Source of the DNA: Dinghuibacter silviterrae
Lineage (GTDB): Bacteria > Bacteroidota > Bacteroidia > Chitinophagales > Chitinophagaceae
NCBI RefSeq assembly: GCF_004366355.1
Contig: NZ_SODV01000002.1
Span: 410,768-474,767 of the forward strand
Reading direction: 5' to 3'
Length of the DNA: 64,000 nucleotides
The first letter of the stretch is position 1; each line of letters starts with the position of its first letter. Under the pieces are notes generated by a model. The model was not told the DNA's origin. It made no database searches and saw only the letters and a program-made list of their open reading frames with translations. Below are positions 31,452-39,956 of the stretch, piece by piece. The position numbers and the translations under genes were made by a program.

Positions 31452-32549
31452 CTATTTGCTTGCGAAGATCTGCCGAAGCTGGTCTACCAACACACCGGTG
31501 CCGTTCACACTGATGCTGCCGACCTTTTCGGCGATTTTTTCGACATACTCCAGTTCCTTGAGCTTGTACAACATCGGGCTGTCTTCCAACAGCCTGGCGG
31601 TGTTCAAAAGGCTCCGGGTGCTGGCGGTTTCTTCCCTTCTCAGGATCACGTTGGCCTGGGCCTTCTTTTCGGCGACCAGGACCTGGTTCATGATGTCCTT
31701 GACATCTCCGGGCAGGATGATGTCCCGGATACCGAAGTTCAGGACGGCGACACCGAGCTTTTCGACGGTATCCCTCACCGAGGCCAGGATCGCAGGTGCC
31801 AGGGTTTCCCTCTTTTCCAACAGCTCATCGAACCCGAGACCCCCCACGTATTCCCGGAGGGCCAGCTGAAAGGCGATATACAACTGCTTGTCGTATTCCT
31901 TGTTGGCCAACAGGGCCTTTTCCACGTCCACGACCCGGTACTGGGCCCAGGCGTTGATCCGGAGCGCGGCCTTATCCCTGGTCAGGATTTCCTGGCCGTT
32001 GATTTCGAGTTGCTGCTGCCGGACGTCGACCTTGCCTACATGGATGGAGGTGTTGTTTTTCCACCAGTAGTAGACACCGCTGTCGAGCATTTTGTCGTAC
32101 CGGCCGTCGATGAAGAGCACCCCCCTTTCGCTGTTCTCCAGGACGATGCTCCGGACATAGGGAGCGACTTGCTTGCTCAGGAGCGTCATCCGGTCGATGG
32201 GCTCGGTGATCTCCACTTTGCCGAGGTCGATCCTGACGAAATCATACCGGACGGGGCTCTTCCAGAAGGCATACCGGCCCGGCGTCAACACTTCCTTTAA
32301 CAGGCTGTTGGCGTACAAAAGGACGATCTCGTTTTCCCTGACCTCGACCACATGGAGCGCCTCCTTCAGTTCGAGGTCCTCCAAAAGGATGTTCAATTCC
32401 ACCGGGGCGGTCAGGGGCTGGGTCCGTTCGCAAACGTACAAGTCCATGTCGGACCAAAGCCAGTACCCACCCCGGGTCAGCATCCGCTGATAGGTTCCTT
32501 TCCGGAACAAAAGGCCCACCTGGTAGGCGTTGATGTTTACCCTTTTCAT
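31452..32549 (-). CDS. SPFH/band-7 (slipin-like) protein with a ~130-aa N-terminal domain of unknown function
   Basis: The C-terminal half shows the SPFH pattern (LTRDKAALRINAWAQYRVVD...coiled-coil AEKKAQANV). Confidence 0.7.
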   Translation of the reverse strand: MKRVNINAYQVGLLFRKGTYQRMLTRGGYWLWSDMDLYVCERTQPLTAPVELNILLEDLELKEALHVVEVRENEIVLLYANSLLKEVLTPGRYAFWKSPVRYDFVRIDLGKVEITEPIDRMTLLSKQVAPYVRSIVLENSERGVLFIDGRYDKMLDSGVYYWWKNNTSIHVGKVDVRQQQLEINGQEILTRDKAALRINAWAQYRVVDVEKALLANKEYDKQLYIAFQLALREYVGGLGFDELLEKRETLAPAILASVRDTVEKLGVAVLNFGIRDIILPGDVKDIMNQVLVAEKKAQANVILRREETASTRSLLNTARLLEDSPMLYKLKELEYVEKIAEKVGSISVNGTGVLVDQLRQIFASK

Positions 32550-32848
32550 GGTGTATGGTTTTTAATTTTTTTACAAAAAGTATAAAGCCCGGACTCGCCT
32601 GCCGTCCGCCGGGGGCGGGGGCTGCAGGGGGCTGCGCCGCGCTCCCGGCCGGCCGCATCCGTCGACGCGCGTATAGGGTGACGCGTGTGTCCGGAGGGAG
32701 GTCGGGGCTTGGGGCAGCGGTGTACAACCCGCTGGCGCCCGGTAGACTGCCCTTTTCCTTCCCTCCATTCATTCCCACGGGCAGGCCGGCGAGGCCGTTC
32801 TTTATGTTGGATCGCCATTTTTGGGGAAGCGGCGGACTTCCTCGTTCA

Positions 32849-32921
32849 ACTGATTAACTGTCAGCTGCTCTAACCACTTGAGCTAACCGTGTACCAAACG
32901 GTGGAGGATTCGAACCTCCGC
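32849..32921 (-). ncRNA. 73-nt circularly permuted tRNA-like element / tRNA gene remnant
   Basis: Minus-strand reading: gc-GGAGG-TTCGAAT-CCTCC (canonical T-arm) - accgttt (3' acceptor) - ggt - acacggt (5' acceptor, complementary to accgttt at 6 of 7 positions) - TA - GCTC-aagtggtta-GAGC (D-arm) - a - gctga-cagttaa-tcagt (anticodon arm; loop gives GTT but position 33 is A). No variable loop or 3' T-arm follows. Confidence 0.45.
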
Positions 32922-33056
32922 AAAAGGGACCGGGGATGTACTTGTGACAGCATACGGCCGGCTACGGCCTCCGTACTGCGGGGCCTGTAAAGCCCTCACC
33001 AGGTTCACAAGGGAACACCCTTGACCCCTTCTTCCCGTTAAGGAAGCTTTTATTGC

Positions 33057-33542
33057 TCACTGCACCATCTTATTGGCGCAGCTCGAACTTGCAAAGGCGT
33101 GGGGCTTGGCTCTGAAGGCAAAACCCATCCCGAGGATATACCCCATGGCTTCCTTCAAGGCGTCGTTGCTTTTGAAGGAAGGGTTGGTGTTGATGTCGGC
33201 GTGTACCTCCATGTCCACTCCGTAGCGCGTGAACAGGCGTGTCAACCGGTAGGCGGTGTCCACGCTGGCGGCGACTTCCATCAACATCCGCTCTTTCACG
33301 CTCATCTTTTTCCGGACGGTCCGGTCGGCGATGTACATAAAGCCCCCCTTTCCTTTCCGGATAAAAACGATCACCGTGGCGAAGTCGATGTCCTCGCCTT
33401 TCACCTGGCTGTCGGTACCGATACAGACTTTCAATTCGTGCCCCGCTTCTTTTTCCCGCACGAGCACGCTCCTGATTTCGTCTTCGATCGGTCTCACGAT
33501 CCTGGTGCCGTCTAATTTTCTCCATTGCTGTGTCTGTTTCAT
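33057..33542 (-). CDS. YkuK-like (DUF458) predicted RNase H-fold protein
   Basis: 161 aa. Contains a CIGTDSQ motif that I associate with the YkuK/DUF458 family. Family assignment not verified. Confidence 0.5.
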   Translation of the reverse strand: MKQTQQWRKLDGTRIVRPIEDEIRSVLVREKEAGHELKVCIGTDSQVKGEDIDFATVIVFIRKGKGGFMYIADRTVRKKMSVKERMLMEVAASVDTAYRLTRLFTRYGVDMEVHADINTNPSFKSNDALKEAMGYILGMGFAFRAKPHAFASSSCANKMVQ

Positions 33543-33634
33543 AACGGTCGTTTTTAATGGGCAAAAAAATGCCCGGTCACTGGTGGACCGGGCCTATATA
33601 GAAAAGGTCAGCACCAATTGATAAAAACAAAAAA

Positions 33635-33654
33635 CCCCGCAATCGCTTGCGGGG
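33635..33654 (-). terminator. intrinsic terminator for the yeiH-like operon
   Basis: Hairpin ccccgcaa-tcgc-ttgcgggg, followed on the minus strand by a U7 run (plus-strand A-run 33628..33634). Confidence 0.75.
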
Positions 33655-33845
33655 TGTATGTTTCAGTGAATCGTTTCATTTACTTTTCACCAGCAGAACA
33701 TGCCCCGCCATCGCCAATGCCCTCCACGAGGGTCAGCCAGTTGCGCTTTGCGATATGTTGTGACATGAATGACATGGTTAATGTTTTTGACAGTGCAAAG
33801 ATGAAACTATTTTTTCAACAATGCCAAACTTTTGTGAAATTAAAT

Positions 33846-34763
33846 TTATGCGTGCCATAGGATCACGGATAACGAACCGACTGCAATCAAGGTCCACACG
33901 CCTATCCCGAGTACGAGCGGACGGACACCGGTCTGGCGGATCACTTTTGGCGAGAGGCTGGTCCCGATCAGGAACAACGTGAGCACGAGGCCGCGTTTGG
34001 CGAGGAACAATACAAAGGGCGCGATAAAGGCGGGCAGAAAAGTATGGAGCAAGACGACGAGGATAAAGAGAAAAATAAACCACGGGATGCGGACCCGGCT
34101 GGAGGCACCGCGCTTGCGCATGACCAACAGCGTGGCGAGGCTCACGGGGATGATCCAGAGGGCGCGTGCGAGTTTGACGGTGGTGGCGATCTCCACGGAC
34201 AAGGGATTGTAGCGGCTGGCGGCGCCGATGACGCTGCTCGTGTCGTGGATGGCGATGGCGGCCCAGAGGCCAAACTGGGCGGGGCTCAGATGGAAGAGGT
34301 GTCCAACCCAGGGGAAAAGAAAGAGGGCGATCGCATTGAGCAGGAATACGGTGCCCATGGAGATGGACATGTCGGACTCCTTGGCGGATACGAGGGGGGC
34401 GATGGCGGCGATGGCGCTGCCGCCGCAAATGGCAGTGCCCGCGGAAATCAGGTAGGTTGCCTTACGACCGATGTGGAGCCGGGCGCCAAGCCAGATGCCG
34501 AAAGCAAGCGAAATGGAAATGGAGGCAACGGTGAGCAGGAGGCCGGAGCGGCCCGCGGCCACGGCGCTGTGGATATTGAGGCCGAAACCCAGCCCCACGA
34601 CGGATGCCTGTAACAAAACGTGGGACCATTGTTTGTGTTGTATGGGGTAGGGGTGGGGCATACATAAGGCCAGGGCGAAACCCAGGAGGAGCGCGAGACC
34701 CGCGTCCATAAAGGGGAGGAGACAAACCCCGGCGCCCAACAGGAAAATGATCTTCTTTGCCAT
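33846..34763 (-). CDS. YeiH/UPF0324-family putative sulfate exporter-type membrane protein
   Basis: Polytopic membrane protein (MAKKIIFLLGAGVCLLPF...). A LysR regulator lies directly upstream, as in the yeiE-yeiH pairing. Start set at the internal ATG. Confidence 0.65.
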   Translation of the reverse strand: MAKKIIFLLGAGVCLLPFMDAGLALLLGFALALCMPHPYPIQHKQWSHVLLQASVVGLGFGLNIHSAVAAGRSGLLLTVASISISLAFGIWLGARLHIGRKATYLISAGTAICGGSAIAAIAPLVSAKESDMSISMGTVFLLNAIALFLFPWVGHLFHLSPAQFGLWAAIAIHDTSSVIGAASRYNPLSVEIATTVKLARALWIIPVSLATLLVMRKRGASSRVRIPWFIFLFILVVLLHTFLPAFIAPFVLFLAKRGLVLTLFLIGTSLSPKVIRQTGVRPLVLGIGVWTLIAVGSLSVILWHA

Positions 34764-34845
34764 AGGTGATGTGTTTCGAAAGGCAAAGCTAGCGCGGGTT
34801 TCAAGGCGGTGTATATGAGAAATGATGATGTCGTATAACCGGAAG

Positions 34846-35733
34846 TTATAACGAGCGGCCGATGTATTGCATGAAGAAGGCCGGGAGCGGCTCCGCCTGG
34901 CCCTGGAGGTGGACAAAGGAGAGTTGCCGGAGCAGGCGGCAGTTGTCGATCTCCAGGACGCGCAACCGGCCCGAGGCGACTTCGGGGGCGATGGTTTTTA
35001 TGGAGACGATGCTGCAACAATCGGATGCCTGGAGGTAGGCTTTTATGCCTTCGCTGCTGCCTAAGTACATGCGGACGTTGAGGTCGCGGGGTGACAAGTC
35101 TTGGGCGCGGAGGTATTTTTCGAGGACTTCGAGCGTGCCGCTGCCTTTTTCGCGAAGAACCAGCGGGATGCCCATAAGGGTCTTCAGGGAAAGAGGCGTC
35201 TTCCTATACAAACCGTGGTGGGTCGCGGTGACGAGGACAAGCTCGTCCTCCATAAAGGGAACGTACTTGAGGGTCTTGTTGCGGGAAGCGTTTTCGACAA
35301 GACCGAGGTCGATCTCGCGTTCGAGGAGCGCCTTTTCCACGATATGGCTGTTCTCGTTGATGAGCGAGACGCGGATGTGGGGAAAACGCTGGTTGAAAAG
35401 GGCGAGGGCCGGGGGGAGGATGTATTGGGCGATGGTGGTGCTGGCGCCCAGGCGGAGACGCCCGGACAACTGTTGTTTGAGCGTGCTGAGATCGAATTCA
35501 AGACCGCGGTAGGCGTCGAAGATCCGCTCGGCGTGCTGGCGGACGATCTGACCCGCGTCGGTCAGGTGGATCGTGTTGCCTTTGCGCTCAAAGAGGGGAA
35601 GCCCCCATTGGGATTCGAGCTCGCGAATGTGTTTGGTCACCGCCGGCTGGGTGATGTACAGGGCTTCTGCCGCCTTTGTAAAGCTGCCCAAGGTAGCGAC
35701 CTTATAAAAAACTTCGAGCCTGAAGTCAGACAT
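34846..35733 (-). CDS. LysR-family transcriptional regulator
   Basis: N-terminal HTH (FYKVATLGSFTKAAEALYITQPAVTKHIRELE) and a LysR substrate-binding domain. Confidence 0.88.
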   Translation of the reverse strand: MSDFRLEVFYKVATLGSFTKAAEALYITQPAVTKHIRELESQWGLPLFERKGNTIHLTDAGQIVRQHAERIFDAYRGLEFDLSTLKQQLSGRLRLGASTTIAQYILPPALALFNQRFPHIRVSLINENSHIVEKALLEREIDLGLVENASRNKTLKYVPFMEDELVLVTATHHGLYRKTPLSLKTLMGIPLVLREKGSGTLEVLEKYLRAQDLSPRDLNVRMYLGSSEGIKAYLQASDCCSIVSIKTIAPEVASGRLRVLEIDNCRLLRQLSFVHLQGQAEPLPAFFMQYIGRSL

Positions 35734-35735
35734 GG

Positions 35736-36455
35736 CTAGAATTGTAATTGACGCCGGTACAACTGGATGGTGTTTTCCAAACCTAAGTAAAGGGCGTCGC
35801 TGATCAGGGCGTGACCGATCGATACTTCCAACAGACCGGGCACCTGACCGGCGAACCAGTGCAGGTTGTGGAGGTCGAGGTCGTGGCCCGCATTGAGCCC
35901 GAGCCCGAGTTCCACGGCTTTCCGGGCGGCGGCGGCATAAGGCGCCACGGCGGCGTCTTTGTCCTGGTGATAGCGGTGCGCGTAGTCGGCAGTATAGAGT
36001 TCGATGCGGTCCGTGCCGGTTTCGGCGGCGCCCTCGACCATGGCAATGACGGGGTCGACAAAGATGGAGGTCCGGATACCGGCGTCCTTAAAGACCTTGA
36101 TTATCCCGACCAGGTAGTCCCTGTGCCGGAGGGTATCCCAGCCGTGGTCGGAGGTCAGCTGTCCTTCGGCGTCGGGGACGAGGGTGACCTGGGCGGGACG
36201 GACTTCGAGCACGAGGTCGATGAACTTTTGCTCGGTGCAGTTGCCCTCGATATTGAACTCGGTGGTGAGGACTTTTTTGAGCGCCCGTACATCGGCGTAG
36301 CGGATGTGCCGTTCGTCCGGCCGGGGGTGGACGGTGATGCCTTCCGCCCCGAAGCGTTCGCAATCGAGGGCGGCCTTGACGAGGTCAGGGTTGTTGCCGC
36401 CGCGGCTGTTGCGCAGCGTGGCGATCTTATTGATGTTGACGGATAGCCTGGTCAT
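35736..36455 (-). CDS. pdxJ: pyridoxine 5'-phosphate synthase
   Basis: [17 protein letters not shown]...[10 protein letters not shown] shows the PdxJ TIM-barrel signature. Confidence 0.88.
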   Translation of the reverse strand: MTRLSVNINKIATLRNSRGGNNPDLVKAALDCERFGAEGITVHPRPDERHIRYADVRALKKVLTTEFNIEGNCTEQKFIDLVLEVRPAQVTLVPDAEGQLTSDHGWDTLRHRDYLVGIIKVFKDAGIRTSIFVDPVIAMVEGAAETGTDRIELYTADYAHRYHQDKDAAVAPYAAAARKAVELGLGLNAGHDLDLHNLHWFAGQVPGLLEVSIGHALISDALYLGLENTIQLYRRQLQF

Positions 36456-36467
36456 GACGCAAAGGTC

Positions 36468-37199
36468 TTAAATCGCAAGGAGATAACGGCAGGCGAGCCC
36501 GACTAATATCGACGCGCTGAAGCTCATCAGCGTACCGATGAGGATGTATTCGGTTTCGGCCCGGCTGTCGGCACCCTTGATTTCTCCAAAACGGAGGATG
36601 GACTTGGCCGCGATCAGAAAACCGATCCCCTCGAAATGGCCTACCAGGATAAAGGTGAGGACGAGGATGCGTTCGAAGATGCCGATCCAGCGTCCGGCCT
36701 CGCCCATGCTGGAGGTCGCCGAGGGGATCATATTCCTCCAGCGGCGTGTCAGGTATCCCAGCAACAGGGCGCAGGGCCAGATGATAAACAGGTAGGCGGA
36801 GACCGTGATCCAAAGGACCGGGTTTTCCAGCAGGGCCTGGGCGGTCAGGAGCGCGGCGCCCCGGTCGGGCGGCTGGTACACCCACCAGAGTCCGGCCAGG
36901 ACAAGCAGGTGGAGCGCCTGGTCGATTAGGAAGTAGAGCAGGGTATCCTTGCGATAGAGTTTCCACAGGTCGATGCAGTAATGGGTAACGGCCACCGTCA
37001 GGGGCAGGGCCCAGCACGTCCACCAACCCGTGAACAGGTAGATCAGGGCCGCATGGATAAAGACGTGCAGGTAGAGATAGCCCGAGCGCGCCTTATACTG
37101 GCGTTTGTGCGCCACCATTTTTTTGTTCTGGAAAGTAAAGTCTCCCAGCAGGTGCGCGCAGATCCATTTATAGATGAGTAGCATGTGTGAAAGGTACAA
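36468..37199 (-). CDS. Trp-rich integral membrane protein (DUF3307-like)
   Basis: Six or seven predicted TM helices. Co-directional with, and overlapping, the upstream SatD-like gene. Confidence 0.5.
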   Translation of the reverse strand: MYLSHMLLIYKWICAHLLGDFTFQNKKMVAHKRQYKARSGYLYLHVFIHAALIYLFTGWWTCWALPLTVAVTHYCIDLWKLYRKDTLLYFLIDQALHLLVLAGLWWVYQPPDRGAALLTAQALLENPVLWITVSAYLFIIWPCALLLGYLTRRWRNMIPSATSSMGEAGRWIGIFERILVLTFILVGHFEGIGFLIAAKSILRFGEIKGADSRAETEYILIGTLMSFSASILVGLACRYLLAI

Positions 37200-37794
37200 A
37201 TCTTTCGAGGATCGCTTCCATAACGGGCCAACCTACCGCCTGCAGGCGTTGCTGGACCGCCGGTTGCCGGATCCCCAGTTGCCGGGCGGTTTCTTCCTGG
37301 GTATACCCCTGGAGCGCACCCAGCACCGCTTCCGCCTGGGGGATGGTCCAGCGGCTCAGGAGGTAGTCCAGGGTCAGGGCGTGCACCCTCCATTCCTGGT
37401 TGAAGGAGTCCGAAGGACCGGCGATCGCCAGCAACTGGTTTTTCTTTTTGAGGTCGTCGAGGGCGGGACCGGAGGCCTGGAAGGCGCTCCCGTCTGAGGT
37501 CAGGATGCTGTCGCTTTCATAGGAAACCGTGCCCAGCCCCAGGGCGATCCGTACCCCGAACTGTCGCAGGTAGAGGAAGTTGATCAGGAGGAGCAGGGCC
37601 CTAAGGCCTTCCTGCGGGTCCAGGATACCCTGGAAGCTGTCCCCCCGGAACTGCTCGGCCCTAAAAGAAGGACTAAGCCGGGTGACCTCGGCAAAACCCT
37701 GGTTCAGGACAACTTGAAGCTCCTCCCGTTTTTCGGGGGACAGGTCCGAGGAGCGTATGATGTCCCCGGTGAGGACGGCGACCATCTTTTCCAT
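37168..37794 (-). CDS. SatD-like protein with C-terminal sigma-70 region-4-type HTH
   Basis: The C-terminal segment GYTQEETARQLGIRQPAVQQRL is a region-4-like HTH. 208 aa. Paired with the DUF3307-like membrane protein. Confidence 0.5.
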   Translation of the reverse strand: MEKMVAVLTGDIIRSSDLSPEKREELQVVLNQGFAEVTRLSPSFRAEQFRGDSFQGILDPQEGLRALLLLINFLYLRQFGVRIALGLGTVSYESDSILTSDGSAFQASGPALDDLKKKNQLLAIAGPSDSFNQEWRVHALTLDYLLSRWTIPQAEAVLGALQGYTQEETARQLGIRQPAVQQRLQAVGWPVMEAILERFVPFTHATHL

Positions 37795-37800
37795 TTTTCT

Positions 37801-37884
37801 GTAAATATAAGGCTATAACCTTATAATCGGTAAATATAAGGCTGTGGGCTTATAATCGGTAAATATAAGGCTGTGGCCTTATAT
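37801..37884. repeat. three tandem 29-bp repeats, each containing a palindrome (TATAAGGC-n4-GCCTTATA type)
   Basis: Units: gtaaatataaggctataaccttataatcg; gtaaatataaggctgtgggcttataatcg; gtaaatataaggctgtggccttatat. Lies between the divergent SatD-like and ECF sigma genes. Confidence 0.9.
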
Positions 37885-37948
37885 TTTTATACATAACAGA
37901 ATCCCGAGAATAATCGGATATTGCAGCAAAGTTTAGTAAATTAACTGC

Positions 37949-38536
37949 ATGTCCTCCATTCTCCATCAAGACGATGCTGCACTTTGGCTGCTGATGAAGC
38001 AAGGGAAGGAGGATGCGTTCGAAGCCATTTACCGGAAATATGTAGGAGACCTACTGCACTACGGAGAACGTATGGGTATGGGCGAAGACGTCCTCAAAGA
38101 CCTTATCCAGGACCTGTTCGTAGAGATCTGGAGGTCCCGGGAACGGATCGCCGAGACGGACAGCGCCAAGTTCTACCTCTTCAAGGCGTTGCGGTACAAG
38201 ATGATCCGGCATAACCAACAGGCCATGTCCGCCCTCCCCCTCAACGGGGAATGGATCCCCAGCGAAGAGTCGGTAGAAAGCCGGATCCTGACCGAAGAAC
38301 AAGAATACCTTACCGCCAGACACCTCCACGAAGCCATCGGTAAATTACCCAAGCGCCAGCAGGAAATTATCCACCTGCGTTTTTTCCAGGGTTTTTCCAA
38401 CCAGGAGATTGCCTCCCTGATGAACCTTCAATACCAATCGGCTACCAACCTTATCCACAGAAGTCTTCAACGCATCAGACAGTACTTCAGGGAGCCTATG
38501 CTGCCCTTCTTTTTGCTGGCCTTTTTGTGGTTTTAA
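37949..38536 (+). CDS. ECF-subfamily RNA polymerase sigma-70 factor
   Basis: Sigma region 2 (DLIQDLFVEIW) and region 4 (QQEIIHLRFFQGFSNQEIASLM). Confidence 0.88.
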   Translation: MSSILHQDDAALWLLMKQGKEDAFEAIYRKYVGDLLHYGERMGMGEDVLKDLIQDLFVEIWRSRERIAETDSAKFYLFKALRYKMIRHNQQAMSALPLNGEWIPSEESVESRILTEEQEYLTARHLHEAIGKLPKRQQEIIHLRFFQGFSNQEIASLMNLQYQSATNLIHRSLQRIRQYFREPMLPFFLLAFLWF

Positions 38537-38625
38537 AGAACCTTTCCCCGAAAAACTTAAAAAAAAATTAAAAAAAGTCCCCTCCGAACGAGTATAAGTC
38601 CGGGGTCGTGGTCATTTACAGATAT

Positions 38626-39705
38626 ATGGAACATCTGGATTGCTGGAAACTATTGGAAAATGAGGCCTTTGTACACTGGGTTTTAAAACCGGACGCCACC
38701 TCCGACCGTTATTGGGAGGGATGGATGCGGCAGGACCCCAGCCGGGTGACCCTGGTGGAGCAGGCAAAAGAGGCCCTTTTGCAATTACAGCAATCCCCCG
38801 CTCCCAGGGAAGGCCTTTCCCAAAAGATCTGGGAGGGCATCCAAAGGGAGCTGCAGGCCGACGTCATTCATATTCCCCGGCGTTCCAACCGCTGGTGGGC
38901 CGTCGCCGCCACGGTGGTCCTTTTGACAGGGGCAGGCGCCGCCCTTTGGTACAGCGGCAGCCGGCCGGTCCGTTCCCAGACCCCGGTAGCCCCCATCGCC
39001 GTACACCCCGTGCAAGGTAATGGCAACGACCTGATCGAGTGTAGCAACCAATCGCAGGCCCCCCAGCGGATATACCTCGTGGACGGCAGCGTCGTGACCC
39101 TCGAACCACACAGTACTTTATCCTATATCCGTTTTCTCAACAAAGACACAAGGGAGGTAACCCTAAAGGGCAACGCCTTTTTCGAGATCGCCCCCGACCC
39201 CCAACACCCCTTTCTCGTGCGTTCCGGAGACGTGGTTACCCGCGTCCTGGGGACGAGTTTCCGGGTCATGTCGGATCCCGGTACCGACGACATTCACGTG
39301 GCCGTCCGGACCGGAAAAGTATCCGTCTACAAAGCAGCGGAATTTGATAAAGGACAAAGGGCGTTTTGCATACTTCTACCCCACCAGGAGGCGGTGTTTC
39401 ACAAAAGAGAACAGAACCTGGCCTTTGTATCCAACGCAGAGGCCCAGCTCCTGACGCCGCCCGCCGTGGAGACCGTTTCCCTGGATTTCGACGACGAACC
39501 GGTGGTCAACATCCTCAGCCGGTTGGAAAACATGTACCACATCCGTATCCAGTACAACAAGGATAGCCTGCAACAATGCCGGCTGACGACTTCCCTGGCG
39601 GAAGAGCGGCTGGCCGACAAACTCGACATCATTTGCCGGGCCATCAACGCCAGCTACCGCACCGAGGGTGACGCCATCGTGATCCAGGGTGGACGCTGTC
39701 CATAA
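38626..39705 (+). CDS. FecR-family anti-sigma factor
   Basis: N-terminal cytoplasmic segment, one TM helix (WWAVAATVVLLTGAGAALW), and a FecR periplasmic domain (TLKGNAFFEIAPD...VLGTSFRV). Confidence 0.85.
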   Translation: MEHLDCWKLLENEAFVHWVLKPDATSDRYWEGWMRQDPSRVTLVEQAKEALLQLQQSPAPREGLSQKIWEGIQRELQADVIHIPRRSNRWWAVAATVVLLTGAGAALWYSGSRPVRSQTPVAPIAVHPVQGNGNDLIECSNQSQAPQRIYLVDGSVVTLEPHSTLSYIRFLNKDTREVTLKGNAFFEIAPDPQHPFLVRSGDVVTRVLGTSFRVMSDPGTDDIHVAVRTGKVSVYKAAEFDKGQRAFCILLPHQEAVFHKREQNLAFVSNAEAQLLTPPAVETVSLDFDDEPVVNILSRLENMYHIRIQYNKDSLQQCRLTTSLAEERLADKLDIICRAINASYRTEGDAIVIQGGRCP

Positions 39706-39956
39706 CGTAAAAACCAAAACAAATCTAAATCGAGATGCTTATGCCACTTCACGTTTATTTCTCCCCATAGACCCCCATAAAAAAAACTGATGGCGGAAAC
39801 CGCCACCAGGTTTTGACTCCCCCTAATGCCCGACAGATTGGACCCCGGAAGGCATGACGAGGGGAGAAGGTCATTGTATTTCCTATTCGTCACTACAACA
39901 ACCCGATTAAAGTTATGAACAAATGCGCAAAGTGCCATCTAACATGGAGATTGCTT

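Noticed and set aside
31293-32300. 335-aa plus-strand ORF overlapping the SPFH gene
   Set aside because: The minus frame gives an SPFH domain. The plus frame is Asp/Gly/Val-rich with no domain.
32242-32873. Several 60-180-aa ORFs in the 70% GC block (32242..32778 -, 32546..32818 -, 32555..32857 +)
   Set aside because: Mutually overlapping Arg/Pro/Gly-rich frames with no starts in good context. Treated as non-coding; see finding.
32849-32921. Interpretation as a standard one-piece tmRNA (ssrA)
   Set aside because: A D-stem and a full anticodon-like arm are present and no tag-reading-frame or pseudoknot region is recognisable. The T-arm precedes the 5' acceptor, unlike standard ssrA. A two-piece or permuted form cannot be excluded without a covariance search.
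37801-37884. Possibility that the tandem 29-bp repeats are a mini CRISPR array
   Set aside because: There are no spacers: the units abut directly. Each repeat is itself a palindrome, as expected for an operator. No cas genes are in the window.
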